64,000 nucleotides of DNA from Octopus sinensis (Eukaryota), in assembly GCF_006345805.1 (NCBI RefSeq), contig NC_043021.1:11346001-11410000 (forward strand), read 5' to 3'. Made by a program: the position numbers and the translations under genes. Numbering within the stretch: the stretch's first letter is position 1; each line of letters opens with the position of its first letter. The notes under the pieces were generated by a model, which was not told where the DNA came from, searched no databases, and saw only the letters and a list, made by a program, of their open reading frames with translations. Of this stretch, positions 41,037 through 53,804 are shown piece by piece.

Positions 41037-41578
41037 TATACATATATATGAGAGGCTTCTTTCAGTTTCCGTCTACCAAATCCATTCACGAGGATTTGGT
41101 TGGCCCGAGGCTACAGTAGAAGACACTTGACCAAGGTTCCACGCAGTGGGACTGAACCCGGAACCATGTGGTTCGTAAGCAAGCTACTTACCACACAGCC
41201 GCTCCTACGCCTATATTGTCCAATGATTGAAGGGTAACTCTTAAATGGGCTGGTTATACAGCATAAAAGACAAATGAAATGCCTCGAAGCATTCTGCCTA
41301 GCACGCTAATGATTCTGCCAGCTTGCTGCCTTAGTTTATACTCTTTTACTCTCTCTTTTACTCTTTTATTTGTTTCAGTCATTTGACTGTGGCCATGCTG
41401 GAGCACCGCCTTTTTAATCGAGCAACTCGACCCTGGGACTTATTCTTTTCGTAAGCCCAGTACTTATTCTGTCGGTCTCTTTTGCCGAACCGCTAAGTGA
41501 CGGGGACATAAACACACCAGCATCGATCGGTTGTCAAGCAATGCTAAGGGGACAAACACAGACACATACATACACACA

Positions 41579-41630
<52 letters not shown>

Positions 41631-41931
41631 TACGACAGGCTTCTTTCAGTTTCCGTCTACCAAATCCACTCACAAGGCTTTGGTCGGTCCGAGGCTATAG
41701 TAGAAGACACTTGCCCAAGGTGCCACGCAGTGGGAGTGAACCCAGAACTATGTGGTTGGTAAACAAGCTACTTACCACACAGCCACTCCTTTATGGATAT
41801 AAATATTAAACATTATTTCTTCATAGCTACAAAGGTGTTTAATTGTCTTGAAACTTATAATCATATTTAATGAAATTTCAAGTGAATACCACAGGAAATT
41901 TATAAGAAATTAAGAAACAAAAATGCCAAAC

Positions 41932-42236
41932 CTGCGTTGGGTTAACGGAGATGTTTAAACTGTAAGTTTCATTTTCATTAGTTGTGACTCCATCAAGTGA
42001 AATATTATGTGTTGAGTTTCCATCGAGGGTGACGCTAACCACGAGGGACTTCAACTTCCATTTTGGCAAGCCATTGCTGTGCAAGACTACAGCAAGCGTA
42101 GAGTCGTTGAGAAGTGACACTTGTTCAATGTGCACTGGAGACAGGGGACAATTGTTGACACTGCCTTCTGTAGATACGTTACTGGCCAATTGTATGGGAG
42201 CGACGTCTTCGTAACAGATGACAACATTAGTTTGAA
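41932..42236 (-). CDS. Coding exon 5 (end of domain 1, start of LTD-like domain 2)
   Basis: ctcttccag|..QTNVVICYEDVAPIQLASNVSTEGSVNNCPLSPVHIEQVSLL...HNISLDGVTTNENETYSLNISVNPTQ|GTTTGG. An alternative phase-2 acceptor lies at 42259. Confidence 0.75.
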
Positions 42237-42309
42237 CTGGAAGAGATGTGAACACACGACTGATGAAAAAGATATATGGTTGGCACAAGGGTGCGGAATT
42301 GTTACAGAA

Positions 42310-43300
42310 ATTAGCAACAGCACACAGGTATGGAAATATAACAGATATAGTAAGAAAACATACATGGAGAAATGCTTCAGCTGTTAGCAACAGCATTAGG
42401 ACATGAACTTGTGACAGAAGTTAGCAACAAAATGCAGATGGAAATATAACAGATGTAGTAAAAGCACATACATGAGAAATGCTTCAGCTGTTAGCAACAG
42501 CATTAGGACATGAACTTGTGACAGAAGTTAGCAAACAATGCAGATATGGAAATATAACAGATGTAGTAAAAGCACATACATGGAGAAATGCTTCAGCTGT
42601 TAGCAACAGCATTAGGACATGAACTTGTGACAGAAGTTAGCAACAAAATGCAGATATGGAATATAACAGATTGTAGTAAAAGCACATACATGGAGAAATG
42701 CTTCAGCTGTTAGCAACAGCATTAGGACATGAACTTGTGACAGAAGTTAGCAACAAAATGCAGATATGGAAATATAACAGATGTAGTAAAAGCACATACA
42801 TGGAGAAATGCTTCAGCTGTTAGCAACAGCATTAGGACATGAACTTGTGACAGAAGTTAGCAACAAAATGCAGATATGGAAATATAACAGATGTAGTAAA
42901 AGCACATACATGGAGAAATGCTTCAGCTGTTAGCAACAGCATTAGGACATGAACTTGTGACAGAAGTTAGCAACAAAATGCAGATATGGAATATAACAGA
43001 TGTAGTAACAGCAATACATGGAGAAATGCTTCAGCTGTTAGCAACAGCATTAGGACATGAACTTGTGACAGAATTTAGCAACAAAATGCAGATATGGAAA
43101 TATACAGATGTAGTAAAAGCACATACATGGAGAAATGCTCAGGGCTGGTGTAGCAACAGCATTAGGACATGAACTTGTGACAGAAGTTAGCAACAAAATG
43201 CAGATATGGAAATATAACAGATGTAGTAAAAGCACATACATGGAGAAATGCTTCAGCTGTTAGCAACAGCATTAGGACATGAACTTGTTATAGAAATTAA
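42310..43300. repeat. Tandem repeat, 110-bp unit, ~9 copies
   Basis: tggagaaatgcttcagctg at 42691, 42801, 42911 and further copies. Confidence 0.95.
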
Positions 43301-44642
43301 TAATATAAGAATCTCATAGTCATCAGCAACAGTACAAGAACATGGAAATATCATAGGTGTTAGCAACAAATGGAAATATCAATTATTAAAATTGTTGCAG
43401 AAGTTAGCAACAACATTGTTAGCAACAGCACGTGGATACAGAAAGGTACAATGTATTAATAAAAGCACATGGCTACAGGGATGTCACGAACGTTAGCAGC
43501 AAGAAATGGTTATTAACCCATTAGCATTCAGATTACTCTGTCAAATGTAATGCTTATTAAGTCAGTTTGTTTAAAATAATAATAATAATGAAATTATTGT
43601 ATACAGTGCTCAGGTGCACCACAACTTGTCAGAAAGTGCGTATAACGTATATGCAGTAATGTACAAATGTCTGGAAAGCGAACAATGTATGAGTCAGATA
43701 CATGCTTGTGTGTGTATGGAGGGGAGAAAATCAGGTGTAGTGTTGGCGAATTTCAGAAAGCATGGACGTTTTGAAGGATACACTGCTCCAACAACTAACA
43801 ACAACAACAACTAACTAATTAAACACACATTATCTCATAGCTTCAAGATTTCTATGATGTGATTGTTTATCTTAGAATGACTTTGGAAGGCAGGTGTGAG
43901 AGTCTGGGTCTGGACACTATGCACATAAAACAGGTAGAATTATTTTGGCTGGATATGTCCAGCTTAAATGCTACATGGTTAAAATGTAATTTACAGATTT
44001 TAGCAAAAAGATAAGAATATGAAAATATTGCAGAGAAAATATCACATATCTAAGAGTCAAAACTGCCAACTTTTACTCTCATTACTGCTGCAGTTTAGCA
44101 CAAGGTCAGCCTTGATCCAATCAGGCTGACGATCAAAAGTGATCCAGCCCAATATTTTCTGAATCGGTGTATCTAGGATTACATCAACTAATTCATTAGA
44201 GAGATATTTGGTTGCTATTTTTAGCAAGTCAAGAACCATGTGGAGACTCTCTTCTTTAATCAGTCGTCATTACTCTTTAACTTGGTTCAGTCATTTGACC
44301 GCGGCCATGCTAGAGAACAACCTTTAGTCAAACAAATTGACCCCAGGACTTATTCTTTGTAAGCCTGGTACTTATTCTATTGGTATCTTTTGCCAAACTG
44401 ATAAGTTACAGGAACAAACACAGACATACAAGCACGCACATGCACATTATTATTATTATTATTAATAGTAATGGAAGACAACAAAAGAAGGAATGAGACC
44501 TCAATATTATGTAAATAGAGGAATTTATCTGTAATGCAATATGTGACAATTATATTACAGATATATATATACACATATATATATACATATATACATACAT
44601 ATATACATATATACATACATATATACATATATACATACATAT

Positions 44643-44687
<45 letters not shown>

Positions 44688-44893
44688 GTGAAATAGAAAG
44701 ATGAACAATCTTGTAGCAGATTAATCAAAAGTTTAACCGATACCTTGGTAGCAAAAATCACAGCAGAAGACAGCACGGTTAGAGGTACAACCATATGGTG
44801 TTGCAACCGTGCGTTGGTGCGGATAATTGAAATTAAAATATTATTGGTGAATTGAAGAAATGGAGCTGAACGAAGATTGAACAGAAATCGTTT

Positions 44894-44986
44894 TATTTCA
44901 TTCTACACGTGTTTCGAAAGGCACAATTTACCAAAATCCGATTGAATAATGAGACCATATTGTGTCTTTCTCTTCAGGAAGAAATA
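44894..44986 (-). ncRNA. Type I hammerhead ribozyme, intact core, sense to the host pre-mRNA
   Basis: TATTTCTTC-CTGAAGA-GAAAGACACAAT..ATTGTGCCTTTC-GAAA-CACGTG-TA-GAA(T)GAAATA. Predicted cleavage after 44904. Confidence 0.8.
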
Positions 44987-45037
44987 GGAAATCCGTTGGA
45001 AAAAACATTCTGTTTTTGTTTTTTCCAACGGATTTCC

Positions 45038-45129
45038 TATTTCTTCCTGAAGAGAAAGACACAATATGGTCTCATTATTCAATCGGATTTTGGTAATTGT
45101 GCCTTTCGAAACACGTGTAGAATGAAATA
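45038..45129 (+). ncRNA. Type I hammerhead ribozyme, intact core (mirror copy)
   Basis: CTGAAGA 45047-45053; 12-bp stem II with one mismatch; GAAA 45108-45111; GUA triplet ending at 45119. Confidence 0.8.
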
Positions 45130-45213
45130 AAACGATTTCTGTTCAATCTTCGTTCAGCTCCATTTCTTCAATTCACCAATAATATTATATATATATATAT
45201 ATATATAATATAT

Positions 45214-45263
<50 letters not shown>

Positions 45264-46042
45264 GTTTGTCACATATTTCAACTGCTAAAGGCAAGTACAC
45301 TGCAGTTACCATGAAGAAAAAAATCTCTCTTATGGTAAAAGGTGTGAAAACACCCCGTTCGTTTAGTGTCGCCCTCTATCAGGAATTTGAGACATCGATG
45401 TTTTCAGTTTGTTGACTCTTGCCGATCAGATACACAATGGGCTTCTTTCAGTTTCTATCTACCAAATCCACTCTCAAGGCTTTGATTAGCCAACGGTTAC
45501 AGTAGAAGTCACTTGCTCAAGGTGCCGTGCAGTGGGACTGAACCCAAAAACATGTGGTTGGGAAGCAAACTTCGTACCACACAGCCACCCCTTTGCGTGT
45601 GTGTGTGGTGTGTGTGAGTCTTTGTGTTTGTGTCTGCCCCTCACCATCCACTGCTTGACAACTGATGTTGGTATATTTACATTCCTGTAACTTAGTAGTT
45701 TGGCAAAAGAGACAATAGATTAAGTACCAGACTTCAAAAAAAAAGAACAAAAAAAAAAGAACCAAAGTCAATCTGTTTGACTAAAAGAAGAAAAAAAAAA
45801 CTTTAAGGCAGTGCTCTAGCATGGCCACAGTCCAGTAACTGAAACAAGTAAAAGGTAAATAATATGATATTGTATTGCCCAATATGTCATTTCTGTTTCA
45901 AGATAATAGGATGTAATTTGAAGGTGGTTTCGTTGCTATTTCTAGCAGGTCAAGTAACTATGGAGAGAGTAAATGTATAAGATAGAGAGGTAGAGACAAA
46001 GAGCAAAAAGTAGGAGAGAAAATGAAGGACAATAGTACTCAC

Positions 46043-46067
46043 AGGATCTTCTAATAATTGTGTGAAT
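46043..46067 (-). CDS. Putative 25-nt coding micro-exon 4
   Basis: Strong acceptor (gctcacctttccttcatttctgtttttgccag) and donor GTGAGT. Phase 0 to 1 reads IHTIIRRS and bridges exon 3 to the acceptor at 42236. Confidence 0.5.
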
Positions 46068-46894
46068 CTGGCAAAAACAGAAATGAAGGAAAGGTGAGCA
46101 TTTACATTATTTAAATCAGTGTTTGCATTAATGAGGTCAGCATTTAGGGATTTACCGTGGTAAATATCTAAAAGTTTGAATTAGAAATTATGTCGTGAGG
46201 AAAAGACATGCGCTAAGGGACGTAATATTCAAGTTTATTTCGGCTACTACGGAGAAAACTGTCTGCAAAATTTGAAACGACCTGAGCAAAGGTTAATTGA
46301 AGAGTTATGTCCCTTGGCAGGAAAGACCCGTCTCTGTGGGTATGGTAGACCAACGAAAGTTTTCCAGAAAAGGGAGTGTATGGCAAATGTTAGTGTGTTT
46401 CAAGGTTGGTGTTCATGTAGAATTGGAATGTGTGCAGTGGTGCTATATGTGCAGTGTGTTCCAGGAGGTGGGACGTGCCCAAAGGATGCGTAAGAGAGCG
46501 TGTGTTGATTTGTGTGTATTATTTGTTAATATTTTGGTTAAAACTGGTTAAATTCCTTTGTGGCATTTATGAATGCGTGGGGGGTGCGTGTAGGGGTGCA
46601 GTATGTGTGGGGGGCTTATATTGGGGAGGGTGGAAAAGGGTCTGTTGGGTGGATGTCCATTGTGTAAGGGCGTGTGTATCTGAGAGTGTGTCTCTGTGTG
46701 TGTCCTGGTCAAACTCCTTACTGGATTCCCAGGTATTGGTTGTAGGAGGGTCAAAGCTGAGGGACTAGCAGTTACAGTCATGATGGGGAACGTAGGTATG
46801 ATACAATGTATTTCCTTTCATGTGGGCAAGGATTAAAAATTTCACTTCTGCTGCTCAGTTATTATACATATATACATATATATCTATATATAAA

Positions 46895-47460
46895 TATTGG
46901 GTTGTCTGGAAAGTTTGTGCCGATTTATAGTAGCTTACTTTTCGACTTATTTTTAGAACATGATTGAGTCCATAAAATAGGATTTGACTACACTTCCATT
47001 TAGATCACAGTTTAAGCTATCTTTTCATGGAAGAAGGTTTATGTTCCTATAACCTGTGTTAATTCTGTAACCCTTTAAAATGGAAGATAAGAAAGTTCGT
47101 TTTCGGCACTTGATGCTTTGGGAACCAGACAAAAATTGCTGCAGCTCGGCTGGGATGTGTTACCCCACCCTCCATATTCACCAGATATTGCTCCTTCAGA
47201 TTTCTACTTATTCAGGTCTCTGCAGAATAGTCTTAATGGTAAAAATTTCTTGGATGACGTAAAAAGATACCTTGATGAATTCTTTGCCATGAAACCCCCT
47301 AAATTCTGGGAAGAGGGTATTTTCAAGTTAAAGAAAAGATGGAGACGCATTGTGCAACAAAATGGTTCATATTTGGTTGATTAAAAATGTAACAGCAAGT
47401 AATTTATTGACCTTTTTCTTTCCTTTAAAAATTGGCACGAACTTTCTGGACAACCCAATA
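46895..47460 (+). mobile_element. Second copy of the same mariner deletion derivative
   Basis: Same TIRs, ~565 bp length and YSPDIAPSDF segment as 5343-5912. Confidence 0.9.
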
Positions 47461-48430
47461 TATGGGTGCTACTTTAGCGTGTGGTCAACTGCAGTGTCCT
47501 ACTTTAGCATGCGGTCTACCGCAGCATCCTGTCTATGCTGTGAAATTACTTTTAGCATACTATCTATCTTTTCTTACCCTTTTACACATTAGCATGTGAT
47601 CTACCTCCACTATAAGAACTTTATACTACAGGATGATAAAAACAAATTTAATAATGTTGAATAATGATTTATTAATAAATCTTAATTAATAATACATACT
47701 TCGTACATCATTTAAGATTGCCACAAACAAATTTATGTGTTAAGAGAAATTTTCTAACAACATTGTAATGGTTAGAATTAACTCAGATTAAGAGGGTAAG
47801 AAAAGGTAGACCGCACGCTGAAGTAGGACCAATATATGTGTGAGTAGACACACACACACATACACATCACCTATTTCTTTACTACCCACAAGGGGCTAAA
47901 CACAGAAGGATAAAGAAGGACAGACAAATGGATTAAGTCGATTACATCGACCCCAGTGCGTAACTGGTACTTATTTAATCGACACTGAAAGGATGACAGG
48001 CAAAGTCGACCTCGGCGGAATTTGAACTTAGAACGTAGCGGCAGACGAAATACCTATTTCTTTATTACCCACAAGGGGCTAAACACAGAGAGGACAAACA
48101 AGGACAGACAAACGGATTAAGTCGATTATATCGACCCCAGTGTGTAACTGGTACTTATTTAATTGACCCCGAAAGGATGAAAGGCAAAGTCGACTTCGGC
48201 GGAATTTGAACTCAGAACGTAGCGGCAGACGAAATACTGCTAAGCATTTCGCCCGGCGTGCTAACATTTCTGCCATCTCGCCACCTTCACATACACACAT
48301 ACACATCACCACCACCATCACACAACATGACAATCAAATATAATCGAACCTGTAAAATGCAAGATAAAAGCTCATTAAAAAAACCCCAGAAAAAATGCTT
48401 TCTGTGAAGAATATAAGTTGCCATAGTTAC

Positions 48431-48587
48431 CGGTACATGACGAATGAGGGTGATGTTGATGGTAACATTTTGAAACTCTCTCAAAGCCTCCTTTATCTCC
48501 TTGCTGTTCTCATTGCTGTCATTAGCACTTAAAACTAAAAACCCCTTGCTGTTGGTTTGCAGACCATCCAAAGAAAAATTTTTAGAT
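48431..48587 (-). CDS. Coding exon 3 (LTD-like domain 1)
   Basis: cttcag|A SKNFSLDGLQTNSKGFLVLS...INITLIRHVP|GTAACT, phase 2 to 0. SLDGxxTxxxGFLVL motif. Confidence 0.8.
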
Positions 48588-50745
48588 CTGAAGTATATAA
48601 AGTATATAAAGATAATGCATAAAGTATATAAAGATAGCAATAGATGCTACATTAATTCAAAATAGCATTCCATATAACTTAATTCTTAAATCCTTTTATT
48701 TCTTTCAACCATTTGTCTGCAGCAATGGAACAAATCGACCCCAGGACTTATTCTTTGTAAGCCTAGTACTTATTCTATTGGTCTCTTTTGCCAAGCTGCT
48801 AAGTTACGGGTACATAAACACACCAGCATCAGTTGTCAAGCAATAGTGGAGGGACAAACACAGATACACACAAACACACACACGATGGGCTTCTTTCAGT
48901 TTCCGTCTACCAAACCCACTCATAAGGCTTAGGTCGGCCAGAGGCTATAGTAGAAGACACGTGCCCAAGGTACCACGCAGTGGGATTGAACCCAGAACCA
49001 TGTAGTTGATAAGCAAGCTACTTACTACACAGCCACTCCTGTACCTAATGTGTATATACTATAAAAAACAAACACCACAGCTGCAATATTTGTCTCAAGA
49101 GAACATCTTGCAGAGAGGCTGCATGCTTGCTTGTTTGTTTATAATGGCCCATCAAAGTTGATGGGCCATTACAGGCACAAGATCTGAAATTTGGGCAGAG
49201 GGGGCTAGTTGATTACATCGACTACAGTACTTGACTGGTGCTTATTTTATCAACCCCGAAAAGATAAAAGGCAGAGTCACCCCTGGTGAAATTTGAACTC
49301 GGAACATGAAGACGGACAAATTGCTGTTGAGCTAACGATTCTGCCAGCCCACTGCCTTAATAATAATTATCCTGTCTATTATAAGCAGAAGGCTAATGTG
49401 TCCTCATAAAATGAAAAGCATTGCCAATATAGGTGAACATGGTGCAACCAGTCTGCATTGGCTGACTTATCATGGTAAGATAGCTTACAGCTATAAAAAC
49501 CTGCAAATTCAATCTCAGGCCACAGAGCCACTAGGCCATCTCGATGTATGTATGTCACTGGTTACAGCAATTTGGTCTCTCTTCTTGTTACCTTTTCTTA
49601 TATAACTGTGTTGCATTCAACAAAAGCACAAACTGTAACTTCTGGTGCCGAGTAACACACATTAATTATATGCAGTCATTTAGTTTCTTTTCACAATATT
49701 ATCCAGCAAGTTATATACAGAAGACACTTAGTCATTGTGTTCACTGAACATCGACCCATTAATTTATTGAATGTACATCATCATCATCGTTTAACATCCA
49801 CTTTCCATGCTAGCATGGGTTGGACGATTTGACTGAGGATTGGCGAACCAGATGGCTGCACCAAGCTCCAATCTGATCTGGCAGAGTTTCTACAGCTGGA
49901 TGCCCTTCCTAACGTCAACCACTCTATAAGTGTAGTGGAGGCTTTTACGTGCCACTAGCACAAGGGCCACTCAGGCGATATGTGTGTGTGTGTGTGTGGT
50001 GTGTGTGTGTGGATGGATGTATTGTGTCTGTCCTCACCACCAGCCATCACTTGATAAGCGATGCTGGTATACCTTTGTCCCTTTGTAAATATAAATGATC
50101 CAATGAAGATTCATGGCTTTGTGGTTACGGTGTTCAGTTCACTATCACAAGGTCAGAAGTTCAATTCCAAGCAGTGTGTTGGGTCCTTGAACAAGACACT
50201 TTATTCCACATTGCTCTTGTCCACTCAGCTGCCTAGATGAGCTGTACTTGTAATTCAAAAGGGGCTAGCCCTGTCACATTCTGTGTCACGCTGAATTTCC
50301 CTGAGAACTACACTAAGGGTATGCAGGAGTGGCTGTGAGGTAAGAAGCTTGCTTCCCAACCACATAGTTCCGGGTTCAGTCCCTCTGCATGGCACTTTGG
50401 GCAAGTGTCTTCTACTATAGCCTTGGGTCGACGAAAGCTTTGTGAGTGGATTTGATAGATGGAAACTGAAAGAAGTCCATCATATATATATGTATATATA
50501 TATATATATCTACATATATATGTATGAATGTATTTGTGTGTCTGTGTTTATCCCCCCAACATCGCCTGACAACTGACACTGGTGTGTTTGCATCCCCTGT
50601 AACTTGGCCGTTCAGCAAAACTGACTGATAGAATAAATACTAGGCTTACAAAGAATAAGTCATGGGGTTGATTTATTTGACTGAGAGTGGTGCTCCAGCA
50701 TAGCCGCAGTCACATGACTGAAACAAGTAAAAGAATGAAAGAATA

Positions 50746-51940
50746 TCTGTGGAGCGCTCAGCCACTTAATTTCACAAGCAGGCTGTTCCATTGGTTGGAT
50801 CAACTGGAACCCTCATTGCCATAACTGACAGAGTGGCATATATATTATAGACACCAGAACCTTAAGAGTATGTTTGTCTGTGGAGCACTCAGCCACTTGC
50901 ACATTAATATCACAAGCGGGCTGTTCCATTGGTTGGATCAACTGGAACCCTCATTGGCATAACTGACAGTGTGGCATATATATTATAGACACTAGAACAT
51001 TAAGAGTATGTATGTCTGTGGAGCGCTCAGCCACTTGCACATAAATATCACAAGCGGGCTGTTCCATTGGTTGGATCAACTGGAACCCTCATTGTCATAA
51101 CTGACAGAGTGGCATATATATTATAGACACCAGAACATTAAGAGTATGTATGTCTGAGGAGCGCTCAGCCACTTGCACATTAATTTCACAAGCAGGCCGT
51201 TCCATTGGTTGAATCATCTAGACACCAGAACATTAAGAGTATGTATGTCTGTGGAGCGCTCAGCCACTTGCACATTCATTTCACAAGCAGGCTGTTCCAT
51301 TGGTTGAATCATCTAGACACCAGAACATTAAGAGTATGTATGTCTGTGGAGCGCTCAGCCACTTGCACATTAATATCACAAGCGGGCTGTTCCATTGGTT
51401 GGATCAACTGGAACCCTCATTGTCATAACTGACAGAGTGGCATATATATTATAGACACCAGAACATTAAGAGTATGTATGTCTGAGGAGCGCTCAGCCAC
51501 TTGCACATTAATATCACAAGCGGGCTGTTCCATTGGTTGGATCAACTGGAACCCTCATTGTCATAACTGACAGAGTGGCATATATATTATAGACACTAGA
51601 ACATTAAGAGTATGTATGTCTGTGGAGCGCTCAGCCACTTGCACATTAATATCACAAGCAGGCTGTTCCATTGGTTGGATCAACTGGAACCCTCATTGCC
51701 ATAATTGACAGAGTGGCATGTATATTATAGACACCAGAACATTAAGAGTATGTATGTCTGAGGAGCGCTCAGCCACTTGCACATTAATTTCACAAGCAGG
51801 CCGTTCCATTGGTTGAATCATCTAGACACCAGAACATTAAGAGTATGTATGTCTGTGGAGCACTCAGCCACTTGCACATTAATTTTACAAGCAGGCCTTT
51901 CTGTTGATTGGATCAACTGGAACCCTCCTTCATTGTCGTA
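50746..51940 (+). repeat. Satellite array derived from the SINE family B tail (138- and 95-bp units, ~10 units)
   Basis: gtctg(t/a)ggagc at 50876, 51014, 51152, 51247, 51342, 51480, 51618, 51756 and 51851; matches 4135-4240. Confidence 0.9.
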
Positions 51941-52238
51941 ACCGACAAGGAGCCAATAGCAGTAACATTGCAGGTTAATAAAACATTTGGAAACCCAAAC
52001 TTCAGTGTTACCATTGCCCACAAACGCAACCTACCTCACACTTCAAACAACCAACAAAGGACACATGGCTAATTGTCTCACTAAACGTGTACCTGAAACA
52101 CAGTCCAATATATTCCTCTACAGAGTGGGGATGGTCATGCCAGGGATCACAGCTCTGCACTTTAGATCACAGCTCTGCTGGATTATGATTGATCTGGCAC
52201 TAAACAACCACGACGATAATAAGAAATAAGAAACTTAC

Positions 52239-52360
52239 CCGATGCTGCTGTTTACGTCTAATGAGAAATTTGTAAAAGAAAAATTTCCGCTGCCACCATC
52301 GTAGAATTCTATAAAATCCTCCTGTGCATTATTACCAATATACACTTCACTGATCCACAC
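52239..52360 (-). CDS. Coding exon 2 (start of LTD-like domain 1)
   Basis: ttaacag|VWISEVYIGNNAQEDFIEFYDGGSGNFSFTNFSLDVNSSIG|GTAAGT, phase 0 to 2. The ISEV...FIEFY motif is typical of lamin-tail domains. Too short for the ORF track. Confidence 0.85.
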
Positions 52361-52481
52361 CTGTTAATAATAATAATAATAATAATTTTGTCTTGGTATA
52401 AAAGACGGGCTACAGCAAATATTCTGTTTTAAGGAGGACAACATAGAGAAAAATATTTTGTTAATAATAGTAGTAGTAGTG

Positions 52482-52574
<93 letters not shown>

Positions 52575-53720
52575 AGAATAATGATGATGATAATAATAAT
52601 AATAATAAATGCCCGGATGCAGTACCAGGCTGTGGCTCTTGTGGTTTCTGATCTTAACTGATTGGAAGTGTTATCATGAACATTGTTCTGTCTTGGTATA
52701 AAAGATGGACTACAGCAAATATTCTGCTCAATACCACAGATTTGCTTGTCAGTTGTTTGACCTTAACCAGTTGAACATGTCTCTTGGTGGCTGACAATAT
52801 GTGCATCTCTGATCATGAGCAGAAGTAGTGGGGGAGCATCATAGCCATGTGTTGAGAGGGATTCTTGGAAGTTTGGGGGTTTGATGTAATTGACTAGCTT
52901 CCCTCTCCAAGAATTTCAGGCCTTGTACCTTTAGTAGAAAAGGATTATTATTATTATTGTTGTATTAAAACTCACAGCTTACACATATATATATATGTGT
53001 GTGTATGTGTGTGTGTGTGTGTTTGGGTGTCTGTGTTTGTCACCTCAACATCACTTGACAACCGATGCTGGTGTATTTACGTCCCCATAACTTAGCGGTT
53101 CAGCAAAAAAGACCGATAGAATAAGTACTAAGCTTACAAAGAATACGTCCTGGGGTCGATTTGCTCGACTAAAGGTGGTGCTCCAGCATGGCCACAGTCA
53201 AATGACTGAAACAAGTAAAAGAGTAACATCATTATCATTTAACCCTTTTGATATCAACCCAGCTAAAACTGGCTCTGAGTACAAATGTCTTGTTTCCATA
53301 AGTTTTGAATTAAAATCTTCCACTAAACCTTAGTCACAATTTATGTTCCTAACTCTAGCTTAATGATAACTAAGTTATTTTACTAAATTCTTTGTTATAT
53401 TTAAAGTAAATGAAAGAAACACAGAGCATTTAAAATAAATACAGTAACGAAAGGGTTAATGTCCACTTGTCATGCTAGCATGGGTTGGACAGTTTGACTG
53501 AAAACTAGTAAGCTAGGGAGCTGCACCAGGTTCCAATATGATTTGGCAGGGTTTCTTATGGCTGGATGCCCTTCCTAATGCCACATAGTTAAAAATCAAG
53601 AAAGGGGTAAGATCAAGACAGAGAATGATCAAGAGAGAGAAACATACAAAAGGCAGTACAGATAATGATGAGGATCAAAAAAAAAAATAGAGAGAATGGA
53701 AAGAGAAAGTGAAAGTATAC

Positions 53721-53804
53721 CTTTGGCAGTGTTTCGGTGAGTGAAAGACATGTGGAAGCCAGCAGCAGTAGTAACAATAAGTATGGTAAAATTTTAGCGG
53801 ACAT
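53721..53804 (-). CDS. LTD-repeat membrane protein, coding exon 1 (signal peptide)
   Basis: MSAKILPYLLLLLLLASTCLSLTETLPK. Acceptor tttcag|AA ATG, donor AAG|GTATAC, phase 0. Confidence 0.8.

Larger units (their letters stand above)
44837..45186. repeat. Near-perfect foldback (~165-bp arms, short spacer) close to (TA)n tracts
   Basis: Arms are reverse complements apart from one extra T. Confidence 0.95.

Noticed and set aside
44720-44836. Possible missing domain-1 exon (TVLSSAVIFATK|GT)
   Set aside because: No upstream acceptor, wrong exit phase, and it is contiguous with the foldback element.
46100-46800. Complex non-SINE sequence, possibly a Penelope or LINE relic
   Set aside because: Only vague motif resemblance; cannot be assigned without a database search.
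50746-51940. CRISPR-like appearance of tandem arrays (also 42310-43300)
   Set aside because: No unique spacers, eukaryotic context, no cas genes.
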